Positions 10,153 through 18,840 of a stretch of 64,000 nucleotides of DNA are shown here, piece by piece. Within the stretch, counting starts at the first letter, position 1. Every line of letters starts with the position of its first letter. Under the pieces are notes generated by a model. The model saw nothing but the letters and a program-made list of their open reading frames with translations. It made no database searches and had not been told where the DNA came from. A program made the translations under genes and the position numbers. Origin of the DNA: Candidatus Latescibacterota bacterium (lineage in GTDB: Bacteria; Latescibacterota; UBA2968; UBA8231); the NCBI GenBank assembly GCA_965203175.1, contig OZ241867.1, positions 6,368,001-6,432,000 on the forward strand, written 5' to 3'.

Positions 10153-10713
10153 CTAAAAACCGCAGGCCCTTAAAACCGGATGTTCCAAAACGGACGCGAC
10201 TTCCGTCCAAGCCTGTTGGCTATTCTCTCGCTCAAGGTCTGGGTAAAATCCGAAATCGAGATACACTTTGATGGCGGGAATCCGCCCGCTTGAAGTGCCG
10301 AGAAAACTGCGCTCGTGGAATCGCTTGAGGTATGCCATCGCCACGGACATCATCGGCTTGGCAAGCCCGCGTCCCTGATAGTCCGGGTAAATCGCGACCC
10401 AGTGAATCTGGCCCCAATCCTGGCCGTTTAAATCGGGCTGCCACCACGCCGTAATGGTCCCGATCTCTTCGCCAGCGTCGGTGGTCAAATAAAAACTTCG
10501 CTCCTCCAGCGCCCCAAAATCGCGTTTGAATTCGCGCGCAAAAAGCTGGTCGTCAACGTCGAAGTACGGTTCTGCCGCTCGCTGAATCCGCGTCCAGATA
10601 GCCCCTTCATGCGGCCGGTAATTCCGCATGGCAAACCCTTGGGGGATTGGAAATTGCGGAATATCTTCCATATGCTCGCGAATCATTCTGACACTGTAGT
10701 TTTTCATCGGCAC
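10153..10713 (-). CDS. GNAT family N-acetyltransferase
   Basis: Acetyl-CoA motifs 'VAIYPDYQGRGLAK' and 'AIKVYLDFGF'. Confidence 0.88.
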   Translation of the reverse strand: MPMKNYSVRMIREHMEDIPQFPIPQGFAMRNYRPHEGAIWTRIQRAAEPYFDVDDQLFAREFKRDFGALEERSFYLTTDAGEEIGTITAWWQPDLNGQDWGQIHWVAIYPDYQGRGLAKPMMSVAMAYLKRFHERSFLGTSSGRIPAIKVYLDFGFYPDLERENSQQAWTEVASVLEHPVLRACGF

Positions 10714-10786
10714 CTGCTACCTTTTTTTCATATTATAATCAGATCCTATCGCCAGCCGATATTCTTGCATTTCGAGGGAGGTGAAC

Positions 10787-11422
10787 ATGCAAGCGAATCT
10801 CGTGACGTTGATCCGAATATTCCTAGTGTTCCTAGTAATTGGGTTGTACAAAGTCAACACCATCGCCTGCGGTATAGCGGTTTTGCTGACCATCGCCACC
10901 CTCTACATGGACGCGCTCGACGGCATCATCGCCCGCCGCCTCGGCATCGAATCCGATCTAGGCGCAATGTTCGACATCGCTGGGGATCGCATCGTCGAGA
11001 ACGTCTTCTGGGTCTATTTTGCGTCGATCGGCATGGCCAGCGTCTGGGCTGCGGCCATCGTCGTCGCCCGCAGTTTTCTCATCGACTGGCTGCGGACGCT
11101 CGCCTTTATAGATGCAGGCCAAACTGCCTTCGGCATGCGCAGCCGCTGGGCAAAGGCACTCGTGAGCTCTCGCTTCAGTCGGGCGCTCTACGGCTTTACC
11201 AAGGCGGTCGTGTTTGTCTATCTGGGCGCTGTACTGCTGATTCAGTCCGGCCAAGCCGAGTACGGCTGGTCAATCGGAGTGTCCACAGAATTGCTGCTGC
11301 TGATCGGCCAAGCAATCGTCTGGCTGACAGTGGTGATGTGCCTGGTGCGAGGCGTCCCGGTAATATGGGACAGCCAGGATGTTCTGTTTCGCAAAATGTT
11401 TCCCGGCCTGCTACGAGATTAG
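10787..11422 (+). CDS. CDP-alcohol phosphatidyltransferase family protein
   Basis: DALDGIIARR...GAMFDIAGDR signature; hydrophobic; GGAGG RBS. Confidence 0.9.
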   Translation: MQANLVTLIRIFLVFLVIGLYKVNTIACGIAVLLTIATLYMDALDGIIARRLGIESDLGAMFDIAGDRIVENVFWVYFASIGMASVWAAAIVVARSFLIDWLRTLAFIDAGQTAFGMRSRWAKALVSSRFSRALYGFTKAVVFVYLGAVLLIQSGQAEYGWSIGVSTELLLLIGQAIVWLTVVMCLVRGVPVIWDSQDVLFRKMFPGLLRD

Positions 11423-11430
11423 CCAGTCCC

Positions 11431-12069
11431 GTGAAAGCCGCGCTATTCGATCTAGACGGCACGCTGCTGCCCGGCACCAGCGCCGAAAGGGAGTTCATCC
11501 GCTTCGCGCTGAAGACCGGCAAGCAGACCACTCCAGAGGCGGTTCGCACATTCCTGTCTTGGGCCGTCCGCATCCCTACCCGCGGCGTCCAGTCCAACAA
11601 GACCCACTTCGGCGGCGTCGAGATGGATCTACTCGCAGAAACGGCAGAAACCTTCTGTCAACAGCAACTAACTCACCGCATCCCAGATCAGGCCCAGCGC
11701 CTGATTGCCGCCCATCGCGCTGCTGGAGATTATCTCGGCATTGTGTCGGGAGCGCCGGAGGTCCTGATCGCACCCCTGAAGGATCTTCTCGATCTGGATT
11801 TTGTCGTTGGAACCACGCTAGCCTGCAAGCAGGGACGCTTGACGGGCGACTTGGACGGCCCGCGCGTATCCGGCTCTGAGAAGGTCCGCCAGTCGGAAGA
11901 AGTAGCGCGAGCATACGAATTCGACCTGCGCGAATCCACGGCCTACGGAAACGCCTTTGGCGACCGCTTCTTGCTAGCGGAGGTCGCCCATCCCGTCGTT
12001 GTCAACCCAGACCGCTGGCTAGCGCGTCTGGCCCGCAAGAAGGGCTGGCCGATCTGTACTTTCTCTTGA
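11431..12069 (+). CDS. HAD-IB family phosphatase (SerB-like)
   Basis: GTG start; FDLDGTL motif I, VSG motif II, YGNAFGD motif IV. Confidence 0.85.
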   Translation: MKAALFDLDGTLLPGTSAEREFIRFALKTGKQTTPEAVRTFLSWAVRIPTRGVQSNKTHFGGVEMDLLAETAETFCQQQLTHRIPDQAQRLIAAHRAAGDYLGIVSGAPEVLIAPLKDLLDLDFVVGTTLACKQGRLTGDLDGPRVSGSEKVRQSEEVARAYEFDLRESTAYGNAFGDRFLLAEVAHPVVVNPDRWLARLARKKGWPICTFS

Positions 12070-12104
12070 AAGACAACCTAAAACCTCGATTCCGAAGGAA
12101 TACT

Positions 12105-13007
12105 ATGGCAAACGCAAAAAGCCGATACGTCAACCCCTCCAGAGTCATGCTAGGAGAGTGCACCCGCAAGGAAATTCGCCAAGCGCTACAAAGCGGCAAC
12201 CTGCAAGCCGCCATCATCCCCATCGGCGCAACCGAACAGCACAACGAACACCTGAGCTTGGATCTGGATATTGTCCTGTCCACGTTTATCTCCCAGCAGG
12301 CCGCCTTGCAACTCTACCCACAGGTCACAGTTGCGCCGCCTTGTCCGGTGGGCTATTCCCCGTATCACATGGCGCGCAAGGGAACGCTGACATTGCGCAA
12401 GGAAACGCTGCGAGCCTATATCTTCGACGTAGTGGAGAGCCTGAAAACTCACGGCATTCGCACTATCCTCGTCGTAAACGGTCATGGCGGCAATCACGGC
12501 TTGTTGCAAGGTGTGCTGCCAGCGTGGCGACGAGACCTAGGTATCACGCTGGATGAGGATTCGTACTGGATGGGGCTTACAGACGAGGACCGGGAAACCA
12601 TTCTCCAAGGCTATCGAGATCTTAAAGCGGGCAAGCTGGACACGGTGGCGCGCCAAACCGCGCTAAACCACGCCTCAGAGGACGAGACATCCGTAATGTT
12701 GGCGGCCTGCCCACAACGAGTCCGCGCTTTCACAATGGAAGAGTATGACGCCGCTGGCTTGGACTACGCCCACAACCTATCACCTGAAGTCGAGGCGTAT
12801 CTCGAACCCTTTTCCAAGGAAGGCTGGCCGCAGGGCGGACCGAACCCAGAAAACCCGCGCGACCGCGCCCGTCAAGAAAACGCGTTACTTGCCAGCGTAG
12901 AAAAAGGAGAAGCACTCATCTCCATCCACACCCAATTCATCGCCGACAAGTTGCAGCAAATGATCGACGCCACAGACAAGGGGCATCCCTGGCCCGCGCC
13001 CGAATAA
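12105..13007 (+). CDS. Creatininase family protein
   Basis: PIGATEQH..HL..D.D, NGHGGN and HASEDETS motifs. Confidence 0.88.
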   Translation: MANAKSRYVNPSRVMLGECTRKEIRQALQSGNLQAAIIPIGATEQHNEHLSLDLDIVLSTFISQQAALQLYPQVTVAPPCPVGYSPYHMARKGTLTLRKETLRAYIFDVVESLKTHGIRTILVVNGHGGNHGLLQGVLPAWRRDLGITLDEDSYWMGLTDEDRETILQGYRDLKAGKLDTVARQTALNHASEDETSVMLAACPQRVRAFTMEEYDAAGLDYAHNLSPEVEAYLEPFSKEGWPQGGPNPENPRDRARQENALLASVEKGEALISIHTQFIADKLQQMIDATDKGHPWPAPE

Positions 13008-13011
13008 AAAC

Positions 13012-13815
13012 TTACGCCGAATTCGCAGAAGATTCGCCCGGCGGCAAGAGGGAAAACTCCACCTCGAGATGCGTCTCAGGCACGTGCAGATTGCTTTCGA
13101 TCAGAGACTGCCAAGCCCACAAAACCTGCCACCGACTGGCGCGCTGGTCGATAATCTGACGCCGCACCAGCCCAACCCGCCATACATCGCCAGCGGCCGG
13201 AGGCAGGCTCTGCGCGTCCGCCAACCTTTTCAACCCCTCCCAAGGGAAGGCCAGTTCCACGCTCCAGCCTTGGTCGATATCATCCCGTTTATTCAGGGTA
13301 CCCGCAACCTGCACTCCGACCTGTAATCCGGGAAAGCGCCAGTGCGAAAAAGCCCAGCGCATGGCGCGATAGTCGGAATTCGACCCTCCGCCCAAGACTT
13401 CGGGCCGATGCACCGCCAGATCAAACTCCGGCACGTCGTAGCGGCCACCGCGCTGATAGGCCTCCTTCCAGATGTGGAACATCTCTGAAGTCGCGCCCAG
13501 CGGATTGACGGCCAGTTCGTAATACGCTCCCCGACCGACGAGGAGCACCCCGACGTTGTTGTCCTGCCGGACTACCAGCGGATCCTCTTCCTCCGCACCG
13601 CACACATCGCGATCTTCCATCCAAAAGCCCACGTAAAAATTCTGGTCGTCCCACAGCATGGCCGCTCGGGTATCGAAAAGCGATCGCCGTCCGCTGTGAT
13701 CCCCAAAGCGCGGAGAGCGCGGTGCCCGAACCCAAGCTTCTTCCTGCAGGTGGCCGTCCACATCAATGGCGTCTTCGGTCCTATGACAAACGTAGCGCAC
13801 GGTCTTGTCACTCAT
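13012..13815 (-). CDS. Carbohydrate-binding family 9-like (DOMON-like) protein
   Basis: VDGHLQEEAW, AMLWDDQNFYVGF, YYELAVNPLG and WSVELAFPW motifs. Confidence 0.75.
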   Translation of the reverse strand: MSDKTVRYVCHRTEDAIDVDGHLQEEAWVRAPRSPRFGDHSGRRSLFDTRAAMLWDDQNFYVGFWMEDRDVCGAEEEDPLVVRQDNNVGVLLVGRGAYYELAVNPLGATSEMFHIWKEAYQRGGRYDVPEFDLAVHRPEVLGGGSNSDYRAMRWAFSHWRFPGLQVGVQVAGTLNKRDDIDQGWSVELAFPWEGLKRLADAQSLPPAAGDVWRVGLVRRQIIDQRASRWQVLWAWQSLIESNLHVPETHLEVEFSLLPPGESSANSA

Positions 13816-14636
13816 TCCGCACCCACCACCTTTTCGGAAAAATGTATCACACTGAAGCGATCCGGGATGTGCGAATCATAAGTCCCGTGGCTGGTCCAAG
13901 CCCACCCAGGACACACCCGCGTGCCGCCCTCCTCAATCCACTGGAAGCGCGAAAAATCCATCCGCCATATATCCCCTTCCCGAGCCGGCAGCGAGCGCCC
14001 GTCCGCCAAGTGCTTCAACCCCTGCCACGGAAAGGCGATTTCAGCGGTCCAACCCCGGTCGGTGTCGCTGGAATCATTGATGGTGCCGTCCACCTGTACC
14101 GCCCATTGCAACCCCGGCATGTCCCATTCGCGAAAGGCCCAGCGCCGCCCGCGCGGATGCCGATGTCCCGACGGCGGCCCTCCGAGGGTATCCACCAGCC
14201 GGGTACCCAGCAGATCGAATTCGGGCAGCTTGGCGTACCCAGCCTCGATGTAGGCGTCCTGCCACACGTAAAACCGCTCCATGATGGTGCCCAAGGCATT
14301 CAGCTCGAATTCGTAATAGCTATCCTCACCGGCTATGAAGACCTCCACGTCGTTTTCCTCGCAGATCATGGAATCGCGCGTGGTATAGGTCGCCCGCACA
14401 TCCGGGTCTTCCACCCAAAAGCCCACGTAGAGGTACTCGTCATCCCACATCACCGCGGCCCGAGTGTCGAAAAGGGCCGGTCGGCCCGGTTCCTCCAGAT
14501 CCTCGAAACGCGGCGATTTGGGCACCAATTGCCACGATTCCTCGTCGAGGTGCCCGTCCACCACAATCGGACTCTTCGCCCGATAGCTGGTATAGTGCTT
14601 CAAACCCTCTTCCGAATAGCCGTATTTACTCGTCAT
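13812..14636 (-). CDS. Carbohydrate-binding family 9-like (DOMON-like) protein
   Basis: VDGHLDEESW, WDDEYLYVGF, NDVEVFI and WTAEIAFPW motifs; paralog of the downstream gene. Confidence 0.8.
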   Translation of the reverse strand: MTSKYGYSEEGLKHYTSYRAKSPIVVDGHLDEESWQLVPKSPRFEDLEEPGRPALFDTRAAVMWDDEYLYVGFWVEDPDVRATYTTRDSMICEENDVEVFIAGEDSYYEFELNALGTIMERFYVWQDAYIEAGYAKLPEFDLLGTRLVDTLGGPPSGHRHPRGRRWAFREWDMPGLQWAVQVDGTINDSSDTDRGWTAEIAFPWQGLKHLADGRSLPAREGDIWRMDFSRFQWIEEGGTRVCPGWAWTSHGTYDSHIPDRFSVIHFSEKVVGAE

Positions 14637-14757
14637 GTACTGGGTCTCTCCGAATGGCCCAACTTGGGTGTCGAAATTGACCAAGAAAAACTATTCAGGT
14701 ATGCTTAGTACGCGATTTCGCTGTTGGAAGATACCCTACTAGTAGTCATGCGTCGGT

Positions 14758-14785
14758 ATTATAACACACCTCTCGAAAAGGGCAA
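14758..14785 (-). promoter_or_regulatory. Putative sigma70 promoter for the CBM9-like gene pair
   Basis: Minus strand TTGCCC-N16-TATAAT. Confidence 0.45.
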
Positions 14786-14833
14786 CCCATTTGAAATCAC
14801 TGGTTTACAGAATGATTCTTAACGAGGACTGAT

Positions 14834-15205
14834 ATGACCAACAAACTCAAAAATGCTTTCGACAAAATCTCAACTCTGAGCGAAAAAGAGCAGGACGCTA
14901 TCGCGGAAGCTCTCCTAGCGGTAGTAGATGATACTTGGGGGCCAGAGGACGATAAGGACGAAGCCGAATGGGACGCCCTAGTGGGATCAAAAAGATCTCA
15001 TGCTTGGTTGGACAAAATGGTAAAGCAAGTTCGGCAAGATATTCAAGAAGGAAGTCAGGAAGCCATCCGCAGCGGCATGAGCACGGCAGCGTGGTGTTCC
15101 TCCCCCACCTCAAAGTGCAGGGGTGCCTCACTGTGGTCAAGATATATCCGTATCTCCTCTGCCGAGTCTTTCAGAGCCTCCACAATCGTCTTGAGGAAGT
15201 CGTGA
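14834..15205 (+). CDS. Putative orphan antitoxin-like protein whose C-terminus runs into the convergent gene
   Basis: GAGGA RBS; 'LKNAFDKISTLSEKEQDAIAEALL...EWDAL' resembles small antitoxins found before ParE-like toxins; 151-bp overlap with the sigma gene. Confidence 0.5.
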   Translation: MTNKLKNAFDKISTLSEKEQDAIAEALLAVVDDTWGPEDDKDEAEWDALVGSKRSHAWLDKMVKQVRQDIQEGSQEAIRSGMSTAAWCSSPTSKCRGASLWSRYIRISSAESFRASTIVLRKS

Positions 15206-16398
15206 TTCAGGTCGACGCGGAATGACCCTCCATCCTCGATATTCGTCACATCAGCAGGGCAACTCACGGAATGTTCCCAGTCTGGGAAGTCGTCACCGTA
15301 CAGGTCGTCCGCATTTTCCTCGGTCCGACTGAACCCCTGATCCCGCGTCGTTCGCAGCGCTAGTCTCCCCTCTGTACTCGACACCCGCATCTGTACGCGG
15401 GACATGTACTCCCAGCCACTCTTCACCAGTTCGTGGCGCTCTCTGAGAAACGGCTCAATCTCCTCCACGCAGGCCATCAGACTCTCGCTGTGCACGACCG
15501 CCAAGATCGGACCGGGGATGCCGACGGCCTCTTGGTACTTGAGGTACGGTCCAGGAGTTGCCGGGAATGTCACCCTACGGCCGTCCGCAGTCTGCAACGT
15601 GGCCGATTCCTCTTCGAGAATCAGCGTCGCCGCGTCGGTATCCGGGATCATTTCAGGGTGCAATGAATCGAGAATCATCGGAGCCGGCAGCGACGCGAGC
15701 CCCTTACTCGACCAGTTGAGTAGCCGCGAGCCGTCTGTTGCGACGACTCTGCCACCAGCGTCGAGACAGACGCAGTGCATAATGGGCCGCTTGGGATCGT
15801 CGCTTGTGAAGCGAGCTACGTGCCGCAGTCCGGCTAGATCGTCCGCGCCGAGTTCAAATGTCTGTGCAGTGCTGGATTCCGCCATCGCCATGATCTCCTT
15901 TTGCAGGCGTTTCCGGGCCTTTTGCAGACGGCTTTTTACCACTCCGGTTTGGAGGTGCAGCAAGGTTGCTGTCTGCTGATATGAATAGCCCTTGAGGTAG
16001 TGGTGGACAATCACGTCTCGGTGGGAGTCACTCAATCGTCCGATCGCCTTCCGCACCAGCGCCCTGATCTCCTGCTTCTCCTGCTCGGGCGGTGCCGCCA
16101 AGTCGAGCTGATCCAGCAGATTGAGTTGCGTGATACGACGCCGCTGCCACATGCGCGCTTTGTTGTCCGCGATCGAGCACAGCCAGGCACCGAACCGCTC
16201 GGGAGCGCGCAACTTCGCTAAATGCTGGTACGCGGCAATGAACGCCTCCTGCAGCACATCCTCTGCCGCCTCTTGCGCACCCAGCCTGCGAGTGAGCCGC
16301 ACCAGCAGCCACGGCGTGTGTTCCTCAACGAGCAAACCAAACGCCGCAGAGTCGCCAGCAGCAGCCTTCTGCACGCAGCTTTCTCCATTCCGTTCCAT
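15055..16398 (-). CDS. ECF sigma-70 factor fused to a C-terminal DNA polymerase III beta-clamp (DnaN)-like module
   Basis: Region 2 (DVLQEAF...FGAWL) and region 4 (GYSYQQTA...VKSRLQKAR); C-terminal RPIMHCV, VATDGSRL, LNHDFL and VLMPLR match DnaN domain II/III motifs. Confidence 0.8.
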   Translation of the reverse strand: MERNGESCVQKAAAGDSAAFGLLVEEHTPWLLVRLTRRLGAQEAAEDVLQEAFIAAYQHLAKLRAPERFGAWLCSIADNKARMWQRRRITQLNLLDQLDLAAPPEQEKQEIRALVRKAIGRLSDSHRDVIVHHYLKGYSYQQTATLLHLQTGVVKSRLQKARKRLQKEIMAMAESSTAQTFELGADDLAGLRHVARFTSDDPKRPIMHCVCLDAGGRVVATDGSRLLNWSSKGLASLPAPMILDSLHPEMIPDTDAATLILEEESATLQTADGRRVTFPATPGPYLKYQEAVGIPGPILAVVHSESLMACVEEIEPFLRERHELVKSGWEYMSRVQMRVSSTEGRLALRTTRDQGFSRTEENADDLYGDDFPDWEHSVSCPADVTNIEDGGSFRVDLNHDFLKTIVEALKDSAEEIRIYLDHSEAPLHFEVGEEHHAAVLMPLRMAS

Positions 16399-16462
16399 GA
16401 TTACCTTATAGTTGCTTCCTAGGCGACAAAGGTATCCGCAAAAAGGAACCGTCGGGACAAAC

Positions 16463-16501
16463 TTGACAGGATTTTCACAACATGTACAGTAAATAGGTAC
16501 A
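16463..16501 (+). promoter_or_regulatory. yefM-yoeB promoter with TGTACA-type operator repeats
   Basis: TTGACA (16463) N16 TACAGT; TGTACA at 16483 and GGTACA at 16496 resemble the known YefM operator core. Confidence 0.7.
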
Positions 16502-16518
16502 TATCACAGGAGAATCAA

Positions 16519-16809
16519 ATGACCACCATTACGACCTATACCCAAGCCAGAGCCGCACTCGCATCGCTCTGCGACGAAGTCGCCTCCACCCGCGAGCCCG
16601 TGATCATACGGCGGCGCAATGCCGAAGACGTTGCGCTGGTTTCAGCCGACGAATTAGCCAGCCTCCTCGAGACCGCTCATCTCCTCAGATCGCCCCAAAA
16701 CGCCCAACGCCTTCTCACAGCGATCAACCGCGCACAGAGCCGGGAGTTGTCTCCTTCTTCCGTAGAAGAGTTGCGCCGGGAACTCGGTCTTGTCGAAGAA
16801 GAAAAGTAA
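16519..16809 (+). CDS. yefM: Antitoxin YefM/Phd family
   Basis: TYTQARAAL...PVIIRR...ETAHLLRSPQNAQRL; AGGAG RBS. Confidence 0.92.
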   Translation: MTTITTYTQARAALASLCDEVASTREPVIIRRRNAEDVALVSADELASLLETAHLLRSPQNAQRLLTAINRAQSRELSPSSVEELRRELGLVEEEK

Positions 16810-17092
16810 AAGAAAGGACGCCCCCACCGCTCGCGAATGGGTAGGAGTATTCCATCCTGAATTTGTTGAAGATTTGCGTTACTGGGTACAGACCAACCGC
16901 AAAATAGCGCTGCGCGCCTTTGATCTGATACAGGCCGTGCTCCGCGACCCATTCTCAGGTATCGGCAAACCAGAACCCCTCAAATACCTTCCATCCGGGA
17001 CTTGGTCGCGACGCCTTACAGAAGAGCATCGCCTAGTGTACATGGTAAGCGAAGGACGTATAGATTTCTTGCAGGCGCGCTACCATTATTGA
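16790..17092 (+). CDS. yoeB: Toxin YoeB/Txe family
   Basis: PFSGIGKPEPLK, WSRRLTEEHRLVY and C-terminal RYHY. Confidence 0.93.
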   Translation: MSKKKSKRKDAPTAREWVGVFHPEFVEDLRYWVQTNRKIALRAFDLIQAVLRDPFSGIGKPEPLKYLPSGTWSRRLTEEHRLVYMVSEGRIDFLQARYHY

Positions 17093-17120
17093 GCTTCGGG
17101 GAACCACCGGCTTTCGACGT

Positions 17121-18713
17121 TCAAGCGCCTGGAGAACTCGTAGTCAATCTCGACTGCGAATCGCCTTTCGCCACCCTCAGAAACAGCGACAAAACCATCG
17201 ACAGCGCTACAACCACCACACCGATCGTGAACACATCTCCCACGGCCTCGGCCAGCGCAGAGTGGAGCGTGTTCAGCAGTGCGTCCGCCATCTGAGTCTC
17301 CGCGAATTCAGCTCTCAGCACGTCCAAGGCGGCCGGATCGATAAGTACCCTCGGGTTGTCCTTGATGGCGTCCAACCGACCCGGGCCAAGTGCAGCCCTG
17401 ACTGTATCGGAAACAGCCTCTTCCACTCGCGCAGAGAATCTATGCGTCATCACAACGCCCAGCACGGCCAGTCCCAGCGTACCGCCCATCAGCCTGTAGA
17501 ACTGAAGCGCCGCAGTAGCAGTGCCCACGAGCCGGAACGGCACCGCGTTCTGAATGGCGAGGTTGAATGTGGCCAGTACGCCGCCAAGCCCAAGCGCCAT
17601 GATCACAACGCATCCCACGGCCATGGAGGAACTGGTATTCGCGTTCATGGTAGAGATGAGGTACATGCCTAGTGCCATCAATCCCGTACTAATCAGCGCC
17701 TGTCGTCGGAAGCGTCCGTCCCTTCTGGCGAGCATTTGCCCCGACACTATCGCGCCAAAGACGATACCAAGTATCAAAGGGGTAAGGAAACCGCCACTGC
17801 TAGTAGGCGAGGCACCCAAGACTCCCTGGAAGAAGAGCGGTAGAAAAACAATAGTTCCATACAGTCCAAAGCCAGCGAGAAACGCAACTGTCGTCGATAC
17901 GGCAACCACTCTGAACTTGTATATCTCGAAAGGCATAATAGGAGAAACCGCTTTCGACTCTACGATTGCGAATATCGCCGTCATAACCAAGCCGAATGCC
18001 AAGAAGCCGATAACCTGCGGCGTATCCCACGCATAGTAAACGCCTACTATGGACAATGCGAGCAGTATGGGTACTACGGAGAGTATCAGAGTTACCATGC
18101 CAAGATAGTCTAAACTTCGGTTCTGGACCTCGGGCCTGATCGGCGGAAAAGTCCGCATGATCAACAGTAGAATCGGAATCCCGATTGGAATATTGATGAA
18201 GAATATCCAGTTCCATGAAAGCACATCCGTAATGATACCTCCCAGAGTCGGTCCGATAACCGAAGCTACCCCGTACACGAGACTTATTAATCCTTGATAC
18301 CTGCCCCGAACTTCAGGCGGAAACAGATCGGCAGTTACCAAAAATCCGTACGCCATAATAGTCCCACCGCCAATCCCCTGTATAGCGCGAAAGGCGATGA
18401 GCTGATTCATGGTCTGACTCATGCCTGCCAGTATAGAGCCGCCGATGAAGACCACTATGCCTAGGACTAAGAAAACCTTGCGCCCGTACAAATCGGTTAG
18501 CCGCCCCACAATCGGGATCGACACCGTGGCCGCGACTAGGTATGCGGTCGCAGCCCACGTATAGCGGTCAAAGCCGCCGAGGTCTGCGATGATGACCGGC
18601 AGCGCAGTGGCGACGACGGTCTGACCCAGCGCAGCCATAAACATCGCCAGCATCACGCCCAACATCGTCAGCATCACCTGTTTTGCGGGAAGTTGTACGA
18701 AGTCTTTTTCCAT
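17121..18713 (-). CDS. MFS multidrug efflux transporter, DHA2 (EmrB/QacA) family
   Basis: QTVVATALP, GRLTDLYGRK, FRAIQGIGGG and WNWIFFINIPIG; about 14 TM segments. Confidence 0.92.
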   Translation of the reverse strand: MEKDFVQLPAKQVMLTMLGVMLAMFMAALGQTVVATALPVIIADLGGFDRYTWAATAYLVAATVSIPIVGRLTDLYGRKVFLVLGIVVFIGGSILAGMSQTMNQLIAFRAIQGIGGGTIMAYGFLVTADLFPPEVRGRYQGLISLVYGVASVIGPTLGGIITDVLSWNWIFFINIPIGIPILLLIMRTFPPIRPEVQNRSLDYLGMVTLILSVVPILLALSIVGVYYAWDTPQVIGFLAFGLVMTAIFAIVESKAVSPIMPFEIYKFRVVAVSTTVAFLAGFGLYGTIVFLPLFFQGVLGASPTSSGGFLTPLILGIVFGAIVSGQMLARRDGRFRRQALISTGLMALGMYLISTMNANTSSSMAVGCVVIMALGLGGVLATFNLAIQNAVPFRLVGTATAALQFYRLMGGTLGLAVLGVVMTHRFSARVEEAVSDTVRAALGPGRLDAIKDNPRVLIDPAALDVLRAEFAETQMADALLNTLHSALAEAVGDVFTIGVVVVALSMVLSLFLRVAKGDSQSRLTTSSPGA

Positions 18714-18840
18714 ACTTATGGATTGTCAATTATATAAAAATTCTCTATATCCATCAGACCCAGTCTCTACTTCTACCGCTAGGTGCCAACAGTAGAGCTG
18801 ATAGACTCTCGCGGAGAGCTAGGTCGAAAGGAGAACGGCG

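Noticed and set aside
10609-11430. Apparent 486-aa fusion extending the HAD phosphatase upstream
   Set aside because: The extension overlaps the CDP-alcohol transferase in another frame; HAD motif I starts right after the GTG at 11431
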